The notes beneath the pieces are model-generated. The model was not told the DNA's origin. It made no database searches and saw only the letters and a program-made list of their open reading frames with translations. A stretch of DNA of 64,000 bases, from positions 46,004,001 to 46,068,000 of the forward strand of contig NC_134481.1 in NCBI RefSeq assembly GCF_964194025.1, in the 5' to 3' direction. The position numbers and the translations under genes are program-made. The stretch is from Convolutriloba macropyga (lineage: Eukaryota). Position 1 is the first letter of the stretch. Each line of letters begins with the position of its first letter. Shown piece by piece: positions 23,940-36,149 of the stretch.

Positions 23940-25733
23940 GAGTGTCAAAAACGGGACTGGAATGAACACAAAAAGTCTTGTAACAAAACAACTCAAGTTG
24001 TGAAACCTAAGAACGAAGCGGCTAAACCCTCTGCTAAGAATAGCCCAAATGACATCGTGAAAGTACCCAAAAGACTGAATCCTTCTGATTATCTCATCAT
24101 CATGGAGCGAAACAAGTCCATGATAACTGATTACGCCATGGAGTACAGGAAAAGGTTCCCGAATGAATTTAACCGGGTTGCAACTTTGGCAATGGAGCGT
24201 ATGCAGACGCTTGTAACAATGGCCTCCATTGAGGAGGGTTTTGAGGCGTTTGCTGACGAGGACTTTGCTCCCGAAAGGTTTATGCAGCGTTGGAACACTT
24301 CAGACATTGAAGGTCTTACGGCATTTCTTAAGAGACCTGATTTGAAAGATGGTGATATCTGGAGCTACGATACGTTGCCTTACTTGACTAGCAACCTTGT
24401 TCAGTCGAGAAGTCAACAAATTGTGAGGAACACAATTAACCATCAGCAAATATTACGTAACACTCCTTGTCCTCAATTAATTTTCGATTTTGGAAAGACC
24501 TACGTGGGAATCGGATATGTAGATCTGTGTCAACTGCTCTGGGGCGAATACCAAAATGAAGGTGGAGGAACCCTGCGTTTCTATGGTTACGACCAGGCAG
24601 AAGTGACAGTTGGGAGGAGTGTGTTGATGTATGAGATGATGAAGGCAGAAGAGAGAGAAGTGAGTGAGAAGACGATTCTGCAGGTCTGGTTCTCATCCTG
24701 TTGGGACAGAGAGACACAAGAACAGTTCTTCTCATTTCTGGACAAACATGTACCCAAAATAAACAACCATCTCCTGTCTAAATACGCCCCCATTTGGAAA
24801 GCGAAGAAGGGAATGACTGCCAGACAGGCTCAGGATGCATTCACAAAACATCGCAGGTCCTGTGATTTTATGCCCATCAATAATCTCTTGGCTGTAGACG
24901 ATCAAATTCATTTTGCAAATTACCTATTCACTGGAGCTTTGTTCATGGACAAAAACCGCCCTATTGATTCTCTATGTGCGAATGTAACTATGTTTCCTGG
25001 TTCTTCGGAAGATTGGATTAAAGTTAAGTTCGAAGACTTCTTCAATACAATTGATATGAACACTCTATGTCAACAATTTGGACCATCGAGCAGATCGGTG
25101 ATTGAATTGATTTTGAAATCGACAGAGAGCAAGTTGAAAAAACTGAGGAGTTTTGTAAGAGAAGGCAAAATGCTTTGCAAGTTAAATGTCAAACAGGTCG
25201 CGACCGACGATTCTAAGTTTGCGAAAGAAGTTAGGAGCTTAGATCCTTATTTTATAGACTGGAGCAACATTCCGGACTATTATTCGAGGCTGGACTTCAT
25301 CGAATTGGCGCGAAAATGCAGCGGTCCAGACACTCTCCATCATTTTCATACCATGAACTGGGTCTACAAAGTTTTCGGAGCTTCGTTCTACGATTTCGTC
25401 GATCGCCGTGAGGTGATTGAAAGCATTTACAAGAAGCACAAGAAAGTTATGGAACCGGTAAACCAGATGTTACGAATGACGTCGCCTGATTTAACAAGAT
25501 TGGTCCGAGTTCCAAAGCTGAACCTCCCTGTCAATGAGTTCTCAGCTTTGGCAGTTCAAATTCATGGCGAAAAGTATCTCAAGCATATTATGACTGATAA
25601 AAAGGGGAAAGTCTTGAACTTTGTCAAAACTCCATTCAATCACTACTGGCAAATATTTGGAGACAATGACACGCTTATGATATGTGCCTTCTCTTTTAAC
25701 GATGAGTTGGAGTTGGGTCTGAAATATGTTTAA
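23940..25733 (+). CDS. MYND-finger protein copy 2, exon 2; spliced protein 623 aa
   Basis: Acceptor TAATTAG; ECQKRDWNEHKKSC completes the finger; long ORF with YVGIGYVDL, QVWFSSCW, IDWSNIPDY, HTMNW; AATAAA at ~26010. Confidence 0.9.
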   Translation, partial: ECQKRDWNEHKKSCNKTTQVVKPKNEAAKPSAKNSPNDIVKVPKRLNPSDYLIIMERNKSMITDYAMEYRKRFPNEFNRVATLAMERMQTLVTMASIEEGFEAFADEDFAPERFMQRWNTSDIEGLTAFLKRPDLKDGDIWSYDTLPYLTSNLVQSRSQQIVRNTINHQQILRNTPCPQLIFDFGKTYVGIGYVDLCQLLWGEYQNEGGGTLRFYGYDQAEVTVGRSVLMYEMMKAEEREVSEKTILQVWFSSCWDRETQEQFFSFLDKHVPKINNHLLSKYAPIWKAKKGMTARQAQDAFTKHRRSCDFMPINNLLAVDDQIHFANYLFTGALFMDKNRPIDSLCANVTMFPGSSEDWIKVKFEDFFNTIDMNTLCQQFGPSSRSVIELILKSTESKLKKLRSFVREGKMLCKLNVKQVATDDSKFAKEVRSLDPYFIDWSNIPDYYSRLDFIELARKCSGPDTLHHFHTMNWVYKVFGASFYDFVDRREVIESIYKKHKKVMEPVNQMLRMTSPDLTRLVRVPKLNLPVNEFSALAVQIHGEKYLKHIMTDKKGKVLNFVKTPFNHYWQIFGDNDTLMICAFSFNDELELGLKYV

Positions 25734-26043
25734 TTCACCTGAAAGATCAATCAGCAGACTGAACTGGACATTAAGTTATGGCGAACTACTCTTATAGACT
25801 CTCAAAGACCTTGTTGTTTTACCTGATTTATATTGCTGTTTATTTCCTTTCAGATCATGTATAGCGAGCTCCTGGTTTCTTCAGTTCACTATCAATTTTT
25901 AGGCATTTTGTATTGGTGAAATTGCAGTATCAGTTGATAGAACAGGAACTGATTGAGATTTTGGTATTTCTTTTCATGCTTTCCTCGTTTTATTCAAGCT
26001 CTATTGAACAATAAAGCCTCAAACGCCGTCGTGATATTATTAA

Positions 26044-26437
26044 TTGCTCCTGAACAAGTTCAGCAATTATTGTAAACGTGTGTCTTCTTTTTATACAAAA
26101 TTTTCGCTTGACCGTTTTGACTTTTCGAGTAACTTTTACGCCCTTTGACTTTTTGCGTTTCGCGTGATCTAAAATTCTCTCTCAATCACAATTTCAAGCA
26201 GCTGAACTCAATTGGCGGCAAAGGTCAAATGGAAAGTGCGTCCAAACTGGTGCCGTTTTTAACTTTAAATCTGAATAGTGGTATATGTTAACCTGTAATG
26301 TGCTTATTTGAAGCCCAATATTGAACTTCTTAGTCTCGTTTAGACTCCCTCTCCCCCCGACTGAAGCAGGCTGCAGTTGATTAGAGCTCCCACTAGTGCT
26401 CCCACCAGAGCAACTCCGACGATTAGTCGGTTATGTT
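26044..26437 (+). mobile_element. HINE-like family C copy
   Basis: 5' TTGCTCCTGAAC-aa-GTTCAGCAATT; 3' AGAGCAA then hairpin CCGAC-gatta-GTCGG then TTATGTT. Confidence 0.65.
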
Positions 26438-28099
26438 AAACGTTGATTTTGAGGTACGCCATGTACTAGCTGGAATACAGACTGATGAATATCGGTCGGA
26501 ACGTGCGAGTTAACATTAAAAGCTTTTTTAATCTCTTAAGAATTTTTTAGAGTAAGAGCCAATCAAGATAATCAAAGTAGTTTGAATTCTAATTTAAAAA
26601 CTTTCCTCCCTTACAGAATTTGTTTTTCATAAAATACTGTGCTCTTAGCATGTGGGTATTTTGTTTTGCTGTGTTGACTTTACTATAATGGAAACTGACA
26701 TGACATGGAGTTAGCTAATTTATCGGACGATAAAATTGGCTGCCGACAAAAGTGGCCTGATAGTATGTAAAAACTGAAGGCGCAATAATTATAACATTTT
26801 TGAAAATGACCATTTAATTTTTTTTTACCGAAAATGAATTCTGCATGGATCCTATTCAAAGCCTTATTTGCCGCCCAGTCTTAGGATCCGTGGCCATTTC
26901 TGATAGTTTCTTGCGTTGGTGATATTAAATATTAGTTTTCTTAACAAATTTTTGGTTGATAAAGTTTCTAAGAAAAGCAATTGTGCCGTTTGTCATCTAA
27001 ATTTTGTAATCGTTTTAATTTGCCTTCTGCTTGGGCTTCAAAATCAATCAGCTTTGATTGTACTTATCGTCAGATAGACAATAAAGGTTTAGCAAGATAG
27101 TCGGAGATTAAAAGATAATTGTTTTTGGTCAAAATAAAACTAGGAGGATTGATAATGTGGAATATTTGCAGCACTTAAATGGGCATTATATTCCTGCCGC
27201 CGGTCCTTTTCAAAGGAGCAGAGACTTCAAACTTCATTCAATAAATAATTCATTAATGAGCCTAATGCCGTGGATATAATGACGCAGAACATTCGCTTTC
27301 TTGCCTAAATTTCAAAAAAGGCAGTCAACACTGAAGTTGTGGAAGTGAAGAAAATCAGGGGAAAAATGCCGATTTTCTCCTGAAAACTGAAGTGAGATGT
27401 TGTGATTACACTGGATCAAAAGCAAAAATACATTTTTTTAAAACAGTTAAATACAGTTTAAAACTGAGCTAAATGGATGTCTCCGAACGAGGGTTTCAAA
27501 ATAGTTTCACGAAATTTGAATAAGATCCCGAAACTGCTTTATTGACTAAGGTTGTTTTAGGTGCTAAGCATTACAGCAAAAAATCGAAACTGCATCCAGT
27601 TTAATTAATTTGAATCTTAAAACGAAATAAATTGAGAAAAAAAAATAACGACGAATAAGGAAAAATTAATTTTTTCATTACATTTTAAATTCAAGAAGTT
27701 ATATCAAAAATGCATTATCTGGCTAGCAGAGCGCTCAATTTGCTGAAAAAGGAAAATGTTAATGCAAGTTTCTGACTCTCTGTCGGAAACGTTGTGATCA
27801 TTAGAAATTTTGTTACTTAGATTCACCAAAAATCAACGTACCCTTAACGAATTTTCAAAAAGTGCCTTGAATATCTGAAACATTTTGAATTCAAATCAGG
27901 TCTCAAGTTAGAATGCATTATGCCTGCAGTTTTTTTGACAATTAGTAGAGGGTTCGTATAGTTGTCACAAATTTTGCTAATGAAGTCTGCAATAATTTCG
28001 TTGCAAAATTCTGACACCTAATTTTTCTGAAAAACTCTCTTTTTAGCCTTTAATTTTTCAGTTACTTTAAAATCTGGATTAAAGATGAACCATTCCAGT

Positions 28100-28299
28100 N
28101 NNNNNNNNNNNNNNNNNNNNNNNNNNNNNNNNNNNNNNNNNNNNNNNNNNNNNNNNNNNNNNNNNNNNNNNNNNNNNNNNNNNNNNNNNNNNNNNNNNNN
28201 NNNNNNNNNNNNNNNNNNNNNNNNNNNNNNNNNNNNNNNNNNNNNNNNNNNNNNNNNNNNNNNNNNNNNNNNNNNNNNNNNNNNNNNNNNNNNNNNNNN
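28100..28299. other. Assembly gap (200 N)
   Basis: Run of N. Confidence 1.
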
Positions 28300-31200
28300 C
28301 CTGTCGGTTAATGGGAACGCAGAGACAAATCTTGTAATCGAATAGTTAAATTAGAAATAATGGTTGACAACTGTGGCGATTGACACGAAATTCAGTCCAT
28401 ATTTATTACCCCAAATTACCGCACTTTTACATTCATGGTGATCACCTTTAATTTATCACTTCCTTGACTTCTTATGACATCCGATCTTAACTAGCTATTT
28501 ACTCTGATAATTTACTTCTCTAAAAGATCAAGGGTCATCATATCACACATAACAATATGAAAAGTTGGGGACAAATCCAGTATAAATAGCACGTGTTAGC
28601 TCCTTGTTGCATTCACTCATTTCATAAATAACCAAGATGTAAATCAGCACGTGGATGAGGTACGTATATCTTTCCATACTTTAAACAATTAACATTATAC
28701 TTTCAACAAAATGTATACGCTTAAGATGTATGTTTTTGTTCCATGGATTTACGTATCTATTTTCATTTCTGTTTGCAACTTCACCTCTGACTGCTTCATC
28801 GATCATAACAGAATGTCTTTTCTGTAACATTTCCGTTACTTGTCTCAATCTTGCTATTCGTAAAAACCTGGTAGTGAATATGGCTATCCATGGTCTACCT
28901 TTTATCCTTCTAAACATTTGTATCTAATTTTTTCGAATACTTCTGCTAAAAGATATTGCCTTATTTAGAGTACTTTTATGTATATTTACCTACCCTTGTG
29001 AAATCGTTCGGTGCTATATTAAACGAATAGCATGTCATGTGTCTTCTTTTTAATGTTTGAGTTTCTTGACTTAAACATGATATTTGTGTAAACCTGGAAG
29101 CGAATGTTTATCCAGGGTCTAGGTTTTGAAATTTCCTTCTAAACATTAATGTTTTGGAATACCTCTGCTAAAAGGTTATTGTCTTATTCAAAGTATTTTA
29201 ATGTATGCTTTCTTAATCTGGTGAAATTTTTCGCTGCTATTTTATAAGCATCTTCTGATATGTATTCTTGTTTAAGATTTCAATGGAATGCTCCAATTGG
29301 AGTTAATTTTTTCCTTGGTCCTTTTACCAATTATCCTCTTTGCTTTCCTATATTCTTTTTGACAGCGGTGCTGCGTTCTAAATTGTCTTGTTTTATGTAT
29401 TGGTGACAAACAACATCATAGTAAGTGAGTGGACCTAAGAATCTAAGTATGTCATTTTTTAAACAAACTTCTGAAAAGATTTCCGTAGTTCCTGTTACTG
29501 TTTTATTTTGTTTCAGCTAGTTAATGAATAGGTTGAAGTCATAATTTTACCCATTTTAGACGTATAATAGTGCAAATGTTGGTTTCTTTGCGTTCAAATT
29601 TCGTTTAGTATGCTAATAACCTCTAATATTTACTATTGAGATGAGATTGATGTCTTATATATTTAGTGTTTATTGGTTTGTTACAGTAAATACCTAACAT
29701 AATAACTCAACTTCCCCTTTAATCGCTAAGTTTAATGAAAATTATTCGCTTTGTTGAAATGAAATTTCCGTTCCTGTTTCTGACCTCCTCATTTTTATGA
29801 TTCCGTTATGATTCCGTTTCCGCTTCATGGTTCTAACTTACATTCTCATGATTCCCTAATATTTGTTCTGAGGAGTATCTTAATAAGTAATGAAGACTGA
29901 TATGATTTGTTATGTGACCTTTAAAATAGTTAACATATTAGTGCAATATTCGAATTGACCTTAATCTGGCATTAAATTACTTAATCAGGCATTTGATTGA
30001 ATGTATTTGAGTGATTTTGATAGTGTTTCTATTTTTCATTTTTCAAAATGCTGAAATCTGTTTTGATCCTCTTAGATAGCTTTCATTTTTGTTGAGTGCA
30101 TGGGAAATTAGATTTAGGAAATAAAATCTTAACATCATCAAAATATTTTGGCTTTCTTTGTTTTTTTTTCAGGTTGTAGGGAACATGTAAGCTGACAACC
30201 TCTATATTAAACAAAAATTATCAATGTTTAATATAACCGGTTTCTACGTTTTTAAATAAAATATATAGAAATTTGAATTTTAGTTCTATAAGAGATCCAC
30301 GAACTGAGCTGTAGTTTGCAAGGTGAAGTGTTCTTGTTGGTCTTTTTCGAATCATCCTTTCACGTTCTCTCATCTTATTGCTCAGACAATTTACTTCTTG
30401 TTGACCAGCTTGACTGCAAACACTAGGTTTTGTTGGTTGTATCTGCATAGATAAAATCTGTTTCTTGTGTTGTACTTCTTCGGGAAAGGGAAAAGTTTTT
30501 TTTATAGGTTCGTTAAGTGTTAATTCAAATGTGTCAGCCTATTAATCTTCTTGTTTTAATTTGGTCCTTATTGATATTTTTGCGTTGTTAAAACTTGATA
30601 CTGTGATAGATATCGCTTAAGTTTGTTCATCTGAGTCATCTTTGAACTTGCTTTTGAATTATGAATTTTAGTTGTATAATGTTCTTTTTTTAAGACTTTG
30701 AGTTTTCCCAAAGTCTTGGTCTCAAGTATCACCATTGTTTTGCAATCTACCCTTTTTAAATTTTTATGATGTGCATATTAATCTTTATTATTAATAAGAA
30801 TTACTCTTCAACTCTCACTCAAATAAAAATTAGAACAACTCTTTTACCTAATCTTATCTTTAAGTGTAATTAATCTCTAACTTTAAGACTCTACTTAATC
30901 TTTCACTTTAAAAACAAGTTTCTCTTTACTTTAAAATAATTTGGTAAAAAGTAGCTACACAGTAAAGTTAATCTTAACTATTCTTTCTAGTTTATGGACT
31001 TTAAATTATTTTGTTGAATTAGAAAGAAAACTTAAAGTTACTCTCTAACTCATTGCAAAAGTAAAGTTCTTCGTTATAATTTGTCTGTGAAGCACACTGA
31101 TATATTAAATTTTTTTAATTTAGTTTTTAATGTATAATCTGTTACGCGTACATATAAAATAAATTTTATTAATCTAGAAGGCAATTTTTTTAATTCTCAT

Positions 31201-32594
31201 TTAAATTGTAGAAACGAAGATGTCCTAAATTGTTGAAACGAAGATGTCTTAAATAAAGTTAATCTTTTGCAAATAAGTATAATTAATCGTCATCTCTTAA
31301 GTTAATTGTGTAATTATTCGGTAATTATTTTACTCTCTTCATATAAATTATTTTGTTGAATTTCATTAAAGAAAATTTTATTTTATACTTATTATTCAGA
31401 TTATTTTCTTTAAATTTTTATAGCCTTCTTAGGTATTTTGAAAACGAAAGTTGAAAATCTTACACTATTTAGACCTTTTATTATTAAAAGGAAAATTGGA
31501 AATAAGCTATTGTTGACTTTTTTTAGTTGATGATCAGGAGTAATAGTGAGTAGAGGAATTGAGCAAAGCAAGCTGAGCTCGTTTCCTGTTTTTACAGCTA
31601 CTCCCAAAAAGTTTAACCTTGTTCGATTATTAAAAAGTTAATGTAAGGCCAGGACATTATTTCTTTGAATCTGATTAGTTCAGAAATATGGACAGGAATG
31701 CAACAGGAATAATTAATAGTTCTGCTCTCTCTCACTCGCTAATAGGAGCTATGAAAAGTGAAAAATTTCTACATGTCCAACTCGTGGAATACGTAAACTA
31801 GCAGCTGAAACTGCTGGAAATGATAGCAAAAGTTGAAGTTGTTCAGCGTTTTTCCGATTTTCGTGAATATGCTGTAACAGCTAGCTATCTCTGCGGGATA
31901 TTGAAGACAGCAACTATTGACAAGCAGTTTCTTCCTAAGAAACTATACAATAACTATTATAAAATTGTGGTTGAAATAGGAAATTGCCATTTTGAACATT
32001 TACGTTCAAATTTTTTGGAAACACATTTGAGCGTGCGTTATTGATATTCGAAGATTTTTTTTCCTTAGCGCAACAAATTGTTTACGTGACTTAAAACTTT
32101 GTTAAACAGCAAATTCATTTGTTACAATAAATGCGGAGTTGTTGTTGAGTAAATGTAGTCAAACAAAGAATTAATTTTAGTCATATAGAAGGAGAATCAA
32201 GAATAGCGACTTTGGAAACTAGCCAAATAATACAAAGGCGGTTGCAATCGTCGAATTTCTCTTATTGTTGGAGCAATAGATAAGAAAAAGCTGTCCTCAG
32301 TCTGACACGATTCTACAACAGCACACGTCTCAAGTTCCTCTTTGAAACTTATTTGTATTTCATTTTAAAAAAACTAGAGAAAATGTTTTTAATGAAACAG
32401 TCTTGTTGATCTAAACGAAAAATTGCCAGGAGAAGGAAATCGTGTATGTAAAAGTCCAAAAAGGTATAGCCGTTTTGATTTCAAAAATTAACAAGACAAA
32501 CTAATTCTCGTTTCTGTGCCATTTATTTTATTGGGGCTTCTAATTTCAAGTTTAATTATTGCTAGTCGAGGTCAAGTTTTATGGTTTTAAATAG

Positions 32595-34403
32595 GAGTGT
32601 CAGCGGAAAGACTGGAAAGAGCACAAGAAATTGTGTGGCAAAACTGTTTCCACACCTGTGAAAACAAAGGAACTCACACGTAAAGCTGCTACGAGTAATG
32701 CTGATAAAACCTCTCTCCCTAAAAAGGTGAAGAAATCCGACACGAGAGGCATTCTTGAGCGCAACCAATCGCTGATAGCCGATTACGCAACCGAGTACAA
32801 AAGTAAGTTCCCAAGAGAAAGAGGTCATGTTGAAAGATTGGCGGTAGAGCGCACACAAGCGCTGGTCCGCTTGGCTGCCATCGAAGAGGGTTTCGAAGCT
32901 TATACCGACGATGATTTTACTCCTGAATTTGGGGTTTTTATGAAGCGCTGGAACACAGTCGAGCTTGAAAGCTTGCAAGCGTTTCTGCGACGTCCCGACA
33001 AGAAAGATGGTGATATCTGGGATTTTGATTCAATGTCTTATTCATCTGCTTATATACTGGAGCAAGAATTCAAAGTAAATTATCAACAGATTTTGCGTAA
33101 CACTCCTTGTTCCGAAAAATTGTTTCATTTTGGAAGTAACTATATTGGCATTGGGTATGTGGATTTATGCCAACTGCTCTGGGGCGTATACCATAATGAA
33201 AGTGGAGGAACTCTGCGTTTCTATGGTTACGATCAGGCAGAAGTGACAGTTGGGAGGAGTGTGTTGATGTATGAGATGATGAAGGCAGAAGAGAGAGAAG
33301 TGAGTGAGAAGACGATTCTGCAGGTCTGGTTCTCATCCTGTTGGGACAGAGAGACACAAGAACAGTTCTTCTCATTTCTGGACAAACAGGTACCCAGAAT
33401 AAACAACCATCTCCTGTCTAAATATGCTCCCATTTGGAAAGCGAAGAAGGGAATGACTGTCAAACAGGCTCAGGATGCTTTTACTGCGCATTTGAGATCA
33501 TGCGATTTCATGCCCCTTAATAATCTACTTGTCGCGAACGATCGCATTATGTTTGCAAAATATTTGTTCACTGGTTGTGTTTTCGTTGACTTCAATCGAC
33601 CTGATGACGTTATATGTGGAAACGTTACTATGTTCCCGGGAGCCTCGGAGAGCTGGGTCAAAGTTAGACGCGAAGATTTCTTTAACACCGTTGATATGAG
33701 TGCGATTCTTCGTAGCTCTGGTTCGGAAAATAACGAGTGTAAATCTGTGATCTCAAAAATCCTGAATATAACTACATCTAAGCTGAAAATTTTCAGGTCT
33801 TTGGTACAGGACAAGAAAATTGTTTGTAAATTTGCTCTGAAAGAAGTTCGAACGGACGATTCGACATTTGCTAGAGATATGAAAAGGTTGGATCCCCATT
33901 TCATAGACTGGAGCAACATTCCGGACTATTATTCCAGGTTGGAATTCATTGAACTGGCACGAAAATGCAGTGGTCCGGATACCCAGCATAGTTTTCATAC
34001 AATGAATTGGGTCTGCAAAGTTTACGGTGCTTCGTTTTTCGATTTTATTGATCGACGCGAGTTGCTTGAAGACATGTACAGTCGTTTCAGACTGTCGGCT
34101 CGATTTTTAAGTCAATTCAGTCAAGCTATGTCATCGCAAAGTTTAGAGGGTCTAGTCAGGAGCCCCAAATTTGATCTCCCCCTCAATGAATTTTCATCTA
34201 TGGCAATTGAGCTACACGGAGACAATTATCTCAAGCATCTAATGACTGACAAAAAGGGGAAAGTTCTGAACTTCGTCAGAAATTCATTCAATCACTACTG
34301 GCAAATCTTTGGAGATAATGACACTGTGATGTCAGTAACATTCTCTTTTAATGATGAGATAATGTTGAGGTTGGCAGACTTTGCCAAGTTAAAGTTGTGG
34401 TGA
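32595..34403 (+). CDS. MYND-finger protein copy 3, exon 2 (first exon not found)
   Basis: Acceptor AAATAG; ECQRKDWKEHKKLC; intact ORF paralogous to copies 1 and 2. Confidence 0.88.
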   Translation, partial: ECQRKDWKEHKKLCGKTVSTPVKTKELTRKAATSNADKTSLPKKVKKSDTRGILERNQSLIADYATEYKSKFPRERGHVERLAVERTQALVRLAAIEEGFEAYTDDDFTPEFGVFMKRWNTVELESLQAFLRRPDKKDGDIWDFDSMSYSSAYILEQEFKVNYQQILRNTPCSEKLFHFGSNYIGIGYVDLCQLLWGVYHNESGGTLRFYGYDQAEVTVGRSVLMYEMMKAEEREVSEKTILQVWFSSCWDRETQEQFFSFLDKQVPRINNHLLSKYAPIWKAKKGMTVKQAQDAFTAHLRSCDFMPLNNLLVANDRIMFAKYLFTGCVFVDFNRPDDVICGNVTMFPGASESWVKVRREDFFNTVDMSAILRSSGSENNECKSVISKILNITTSKLKIFRSLVQDKKIVCKFALKEVRTDDSTFARDMKRLDPHFIDWSNIPDYYSRLEFIELARKCSGPDTQHSFHTMNWVCKVYGASFFDFIDRRELLEDMYSRFRLSARFLSQFSQAMSSQSLEGLVRSPKFDLPLNEFSSMAIELHGDNYLKHLMTDKKGKVLNFVRNSFNHYWQIFGDNDTVMSVTFSFNDEIMLRLADFAKLKLW

Positions 34404-35076
34404 ATGTATTAACTGATAAATCGGTAATTTTCTTTTAAAAAAAAATCAGCGAGAAATATATGTAGAGTAGTCTTGTGTTTCCATTTTTTGGGCTTTTGAT
34501 AAACCATTTAAATAGCGAAGCATTTATTTGCTCTGATAACCAGAAAAAGTTTTTCTTACGGTGTTGACATGTGTCATTTTTATTAGTGTAAAGTTAATAA
34601 TCTTGTTAATACCTTCAGTATATGCGCAAATGTACAAGTTTCGTTGTGTGTCGAAACAGTGCGATTTACGCTTTATTCAGTATCTTTCATGAACCACAAT
34701 CTCTTGGTGTTCAGTTCCACGACAAATTTTTTAGTTTCATGACCTAGCCTGATAAGTCGCCCGGTAATTCTACGCCAATTAAATTTTAAATTGATTTTTC
34801 GAAAAAAATCATTTATATAAAATGATGTGTGATACTTAAGCCCATAGCAACTTATCTATGGACAATTAACAGTAAATACCCTCTGAAACAGCTGTTTAAT
34901 TGCGTCAAGTGCATTCTTCAATAAAAAAGGTGACAGTTTTTTCTTTCCTCAAATATGACTACCTCAGTTTTTTTATTTGTAATAAAAAGTGTAATTTGTA
35001 ATCTCAGTGTAATGGAAAAGAAAACACTGAAAGTACCGGCTCGTAACATAACTTTCAAATGCTCAACATTTTGTTT

Positions 35077-35350
35077 AATTGGTCTGAAACAAATTTGTAG
35101 CAATTATATTACTCCTGTTGTCTTTGCATTTTTTTGCTTGACCCTTTTGTCTGACCGTTTCTTGATTTTCTGTCTGGCCCTTTTTAAATTTTCGTCCTCA
35201 AAATCGGGATAAACTGGTAAATTACGGAGGGCATTAAATCGCTGAGCAGCTCTCATTGAGCCTCAAAATATGTGGTTTACCGAATCTGTTCAGGAGACAT
35301 AAATTCTTGGTTATTTGAGAGCAGTTCGCCAGACGTTAGTTGGTTTATGT
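35077..35350 (+). mobile_element. Degenerate HINE-like family C copy
   Basis: gcaatta..., ttttttgcttgacc, and 3' ttgagagcag..ccagacgttagttggtttatgt match the family C ends. Confidence 0.5.
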
Positions 35351-36149
35351 ACTATTTTTGTAATAAGGTGCTTTCGAAAAGAAGTCAAAAGACCTTATGT
35401 TTTAATTCAACTGTTTTTTCCCGACTGTGGCATTCATGACCTCCAAATTGTTTGCTATTTGTTTTAGCTTGGATGGGTTTTTGCACTTTTTGAGATTTTC
35501 AAATATGAGATATCGTCTTTGGTTAGAACGTTGTTTTTAAAATGCTTTTGAGGTTGAATTCCGTTTTTTTTATAGGCGTGAGAAATTGGATTTAAACTGC
35601 AAATAGAATCTTGCCACAATCTACGCAAAGTTAAGTTCAGATTTTAGTCAGCAGTAATCTATGGCATGAAAGCTAAAAAGAATGAATACTGCTATCGGTC
35701 AATATAATTTTCTATTTTTAAATTGACTTGCTACCAGCGATACATGAATCACTTTGTTCATTAATTACAAAAACAAGACCAATTTACAGGATACTGATAG
35801 TATTTAAAGTGCACAGCCGTTAATTTCAAAAGATTTCAACTGTTTCTGAAATAACACTGTTGGACATATCCAGTCAAAAGTTCAGATGTCATTTCGCTGT
35901 GTGAGGACATTCGCAAATTTTACAACTCTCAAAACAAAATGTACTTTCAATTTGACTGATTTCGTCCAATTAAAATTTGTCCTCGAATTTTTTTTTTTGC
36001 TACAGAACGATTAATGCCTTGTCCCTTGAAGACTTTCCAATAATCATCAAACTTAAGGGTAGTATCAAAGTTGTAAATTTTGTTCAGCATAAGATCGTTT
36101 CGAACCAAAAGAAAACTGATTGGAAACAAATTGTGGTAAATGAGGCTCT

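Noticed and set aside
28300-31500. Possible decayed retroelement (A-rich minus strand, ~220-bp internal duplication at 28938/29159)
   Set aside because: No diagnostic protein motif, LTR pair or TSD could be identified
32225-32470. Degenerate first exon for MYND copy 3 (GGC, RVCKSPK fragments)
   Set aside because: Cys spacing and frame do not fit the MYND pattern
12721-33463. Recurring antisense ORFs (MRRTVLVSLCPN..., MGAYLDRRW...) as a separate gene family
   Set aside because: They are shadows of the homogenised 270-bp tract and diverge immediately outside it
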